Part shown: piece by piece, positions 61,529-64,000 of the stretch
Layout: each line of letters opens with the position of its first letter
Numbering within the stretch: the first letter of the stretch is position 1
Assembly (NCBI GenBank): GCA_002256025.1
Contig: NKIB01008387.1
Location: 1-64,000, forward strand
Direction of reading: 5' to 3'
Length of the DNA stretch: 64,000 nucleotides
Origin: Asterionella formosa
Lineage: Eukaryota
Notes under the pieces: generated by a model
The model's input: only the letters and a program-made list of their open reading frames with translations
The model's database searches: none
What the model was told of the DNA's origin: nothing
Program-made: the position numbers and the translations under genes

Positions 61529-63769
61529 ATGGCACAGATCAATTTTACTTCTCTGAAGCGTGAAAGGCCCATGTTCACGGATCTTGGATCATCAGTAGCA
61601 AGCTCGATTGACGAATCGTCGACTACTCTCGCGCCTGTTACAGCTGTCGCATCCACCTTGCACCGACCCGCCGTTGCCACAACAAGCGCGTTGATCTTAA
61701 ACAACGACGCTGTCGATTTGATTAGTAAGCGCCACTATTCAGCAGCTATGGAGAACCTTGAATCAGCTCTTCGACTTGCGGAGCAGGATCGCATGCCATT
61801 CAAAGTTACAAGGCGATTGAGCGTTGACAAAGGGGGTGATGCCACGTCGGGAACTGATTCCAAGGCGACTAATTTCCTTGTATGTGACTACGCGAAGCCA
61901 AAGGCTTTCTCTTCCTTATTCAGCTTGGCTCAGTCGCTAGCTGGTCTTGAGGCGAGGTTGGGGACCCCTGCCAAGAAGTCATACACGCATCGATCAGAGT
62001 ACGATGAGGGATTGGATTTCTTTGCTGACCCCTTACGATTAGAGGGTACATCGAGAAACATGGGAGCTACCATTCTCTTTAACCTGGGACGTGTGAATCA
62101 TCTCCAGGCCAAGTATGACAAGTCTTTGATCCTTTACCGCAAATCACTTAACGCCTTGAAGGAATGGCACCCGTGCGATTCCCAAACTGCCCTTCCTGTG
62201 CTTTTTTCGATTGCACAGATTCAGTATCTTCACAATGAGCATGTTGAGGCTATCATGACATATGATGTGGCACACAATTTCGCTGATGAGTTGTTCGGTG
62301 CTGATTCTCTCGAAGTTGCTGCTTGTCTCAACTGCCTTGGCGTGGTCAACTACGTTATGCCACATGGTGACTCGGAAAAGGCTCTTGAGTACCTCCGAAT
62401 GTCTCTCAAGCTACGCCGTCAAGTCCTCGGAGCGAACCATGTTGATGTTGGTACCACTTGGAACAACATCGGTCGAGTTCACTTTCAACGGGGTTGCTAC
62501 GGGGAGGCTATGGAAGCATACAAAGAGGCCCTTCAAATCCGTCGTTCCGTCTTGGGCTCAAATGTGGACGTTGCTGCAACTGTTTTTAATATGGGTCAGG
62601 CGCACCATCAACTTATGGAACCTCTCGATGCTATGATTATGTACAAAGAATTTCTCTCGCTTGCCAAATGTCAGTTTGGAGAATTCCATCGTGACATTGC
62701 AATTTGCATGACATGTATTGGGCAAATCTACCATGAAGAGAAACAGTTTGAAGATGCCATGGGTGCATTTCGGAAAGCCCTTCATGTCGGTCGGATTGCT
62801 CTCGGTCCTCTTCATCCCGAAATCGCCATAACATTGAACAAGGTTGGAAATCTTCATTACGAAATGGGCGATCTCGACTCTGCTCTCCAAGTCTATCAGC
62901 AAGGACTTACGGTTGAAAGAGCAGTCCTAGAAGATGGTAATCCCAATGTTATCATGACATTGACGAACATTGCCGAAATTCACAAGCAACGCTCTGATTT
63001 CAAAAATGCTTTGAGTTTTTACAACGAAGTTTTGTCCTTGCAAAAGAAATTTTCGAAAAATAATCGTCAGGAGATTGCTAATACGTTGAGCCGCGTTGGC
63101 TTTGTCCATCATCAACTAGGTGACTACGATCAAGCTTTGGAGTTCAACCAAGAGGCTCTCCGCATTCGTCGCGAACTGCATGGTGACGTTGACGACGATG
63201 TCGCAGTCACATTGACACACATTGCTCTAGTTTTGCTCAAAATGAATATGCACGATATTGCACTGGATGTCCTCACGGAGTCTTATCGTATTCGAAAAGA
63301 ATTGCAAAATAATGACACAAGCGACATTGCTTTTACCCTGTACAACATCGCCATGATTTACCACCACCGTGGCAGTCACGAAGAAGCGCTTGTCTTTTAC
63401 CGCGAGACTGCGCGTGTGGAAGCGACTGCCCTTGGATGTGCCCATCGTGATCTTGGGATTACATATTATAACATTGGGCAGATACACTACCAACGTGGTG
63501 AGATGGATCTTGCGTTGGCTTCATTCCACAAGGCCCTTTCCATTGAACGAGAATGTCTTGGTGATGACCATCCAACTTGTGCACGTACTTTGAATGAGAT
63601 TGGGAACATTGAGCTTCAGATGGGGAATGTCAAGGAACTCATGTCTTGCTTTACTGAAGCATTGCGTATTTACCGTAAATCGGGCTTGGATGACAACAAC
63701 CTAGTCATATATGGTTGTAATCTTTTCCGGTTTGAGGTAGTCCATCCCAATGCTGCTTCCATGGCATAA
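61529..63769 (+). CDS. Tetratricopeptide-repeat protein (kinesin light chain/NPHP3-like ~42-aa TPRs), 746 aa
   Basis: About 12 tandem repeats of the type A.T.NN.G.VH..GxY.EA...Y.EAL.I.R..LG..H; intronless open frame. Confidence 0.9.
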   Translation: MAQINFTSLKRERPMFTDLGSSVASSIDESSTTLAPVTAVASTLHRPAVATTSALILNNDAVDLISKRHYSAAMENLESALRLAEQDRMPFKVTRRLSVDKGGDATSGTDSKATNFLVCDYAKPKAFSSLFSLAQSLAGLEARLGTPAKKSYTHRSEYDEGLDFFADPLRLEGTSRNMGATILFNLGRVNHLQAKYDKSLILYRKSLNALKEWHPCDSQTALPVLFSIAQIQYLHNEHVEAIMTYDVAHNFADELFGADSLEVAACLNCLGVVNYVMPHGDSEKALEYLRMSLKLRRQVLGANHVDVGTTWNNIGRVHFQRGCYGEAMEAYKEALQIRRSVLGSNVDVAATVFNMGQAHHQLMEPLDAMIMYKEFLSLAKCQFGEFHRDIAICMTCIGQIYHEEKQFEDAMGAFRKALHVGRIALGPLHPEIAITLNKVGNLHYEMGDLDSALQVYQQGLTVERAVLEDGNPNVIMTLTNIAEIHKQRSDFKNALSFYNEVLSLQKKFSKNNRQEIANTLSRVGFVHHQLGDYDQALEFNQEALRIRRELHGDVDDDVAVTLTHIALVLLKMNMHDIALDVLTESYRIRKELQNNDTSDIAFTLYNIAMIYHHRGSHEEALVFYRETARVEATALGCAHRDLGITYYNIGQIHYQRGEMDLALASFHKALSIERECLGDDHPTCARTLNEIGNIELQMGNVKELMSCFTEALRIYRKSGLDDNNLVIYGCNLFRFEVVHPNAASMA

Positions 63770-63811
63770 GCCGAGCAATTCGAGCAAACAAGCTAAATTA
63801 TAGTTTGTTGT

Positions 63812-63875
63812 GCTCTGATAATAAAATTTTTTTATATCATGTGTGTATTATAGCACAAATTATTTTGGTGATTTG
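63812..63875. repeat. Further copy of the Harbinger-group TIR (matches the 13000-13070 end, inverted)
   Basis: GCTCTGATAATAAAATTTTTTTATATCATGTGTGTATTATAGCACAAATTATTTTGGTGAT; the terminal GGGCGC is missing. Confidence 0.8.
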
Positions 63876-64000
63876 ATACATAATACTGTCATTGAGTTTC
63901 TTTAAATTCTCTTTCCATAGCAAGTCTTGCATATCTGCTCTCATTCCCACTAAGTAATTTCCTTGCTACCATTTCATTTAGCATCATTTCAACAGTATCC

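Noticed and set aside
1..64000. rRNA, tRNA or other structured RNA genes
   Set aside because: None recognised by eye; tRNAscan-SE or Infernal would be needed to exclude them

Overview
AT-rich eukaryotic genomic DNA, most likely from a diatom (inferred from short GT-AG introns and diatom-type retroelements). There are six apparently intact genes: a 5-exon VPS13 (~3320 aa), a fucosyltransferase-like glycosyltransferase, BUD23, a DUF1295 membrane protein, an equilibrative nucleoside transporter and a TPR protein. They sit among many nested, mostly decayed transposons. The retroelements are the 5' end of a Copia element with a half-tRNA primer site, a full-length Ty3/Gypsy element with ~197-bp LTRs, a ~9-kb APE-RT-RNase H (Ambal-like) LINE, an 85-bp TSD-flanked retrocopy of that LINE's 3' tip, and a second Copia. 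The DNA transposons are a Kolobok family (decayed transposase, a TTAA-flanked 536-bp derivative and a head-to-tail tandem pair) and a PIF/Harbinger-group (Pangu-like) deletion derivative. The most unusual object is 51246-58107. It has four related termini (CGTCTGCAAATAAAAA), ~640-bp inverted homologous arms and a decayed Ulp1/SENP-type (clan CE) cysteine protease gene, but no recognisable transposase. All assignments come from reading motifs by eye; no database searches were run.
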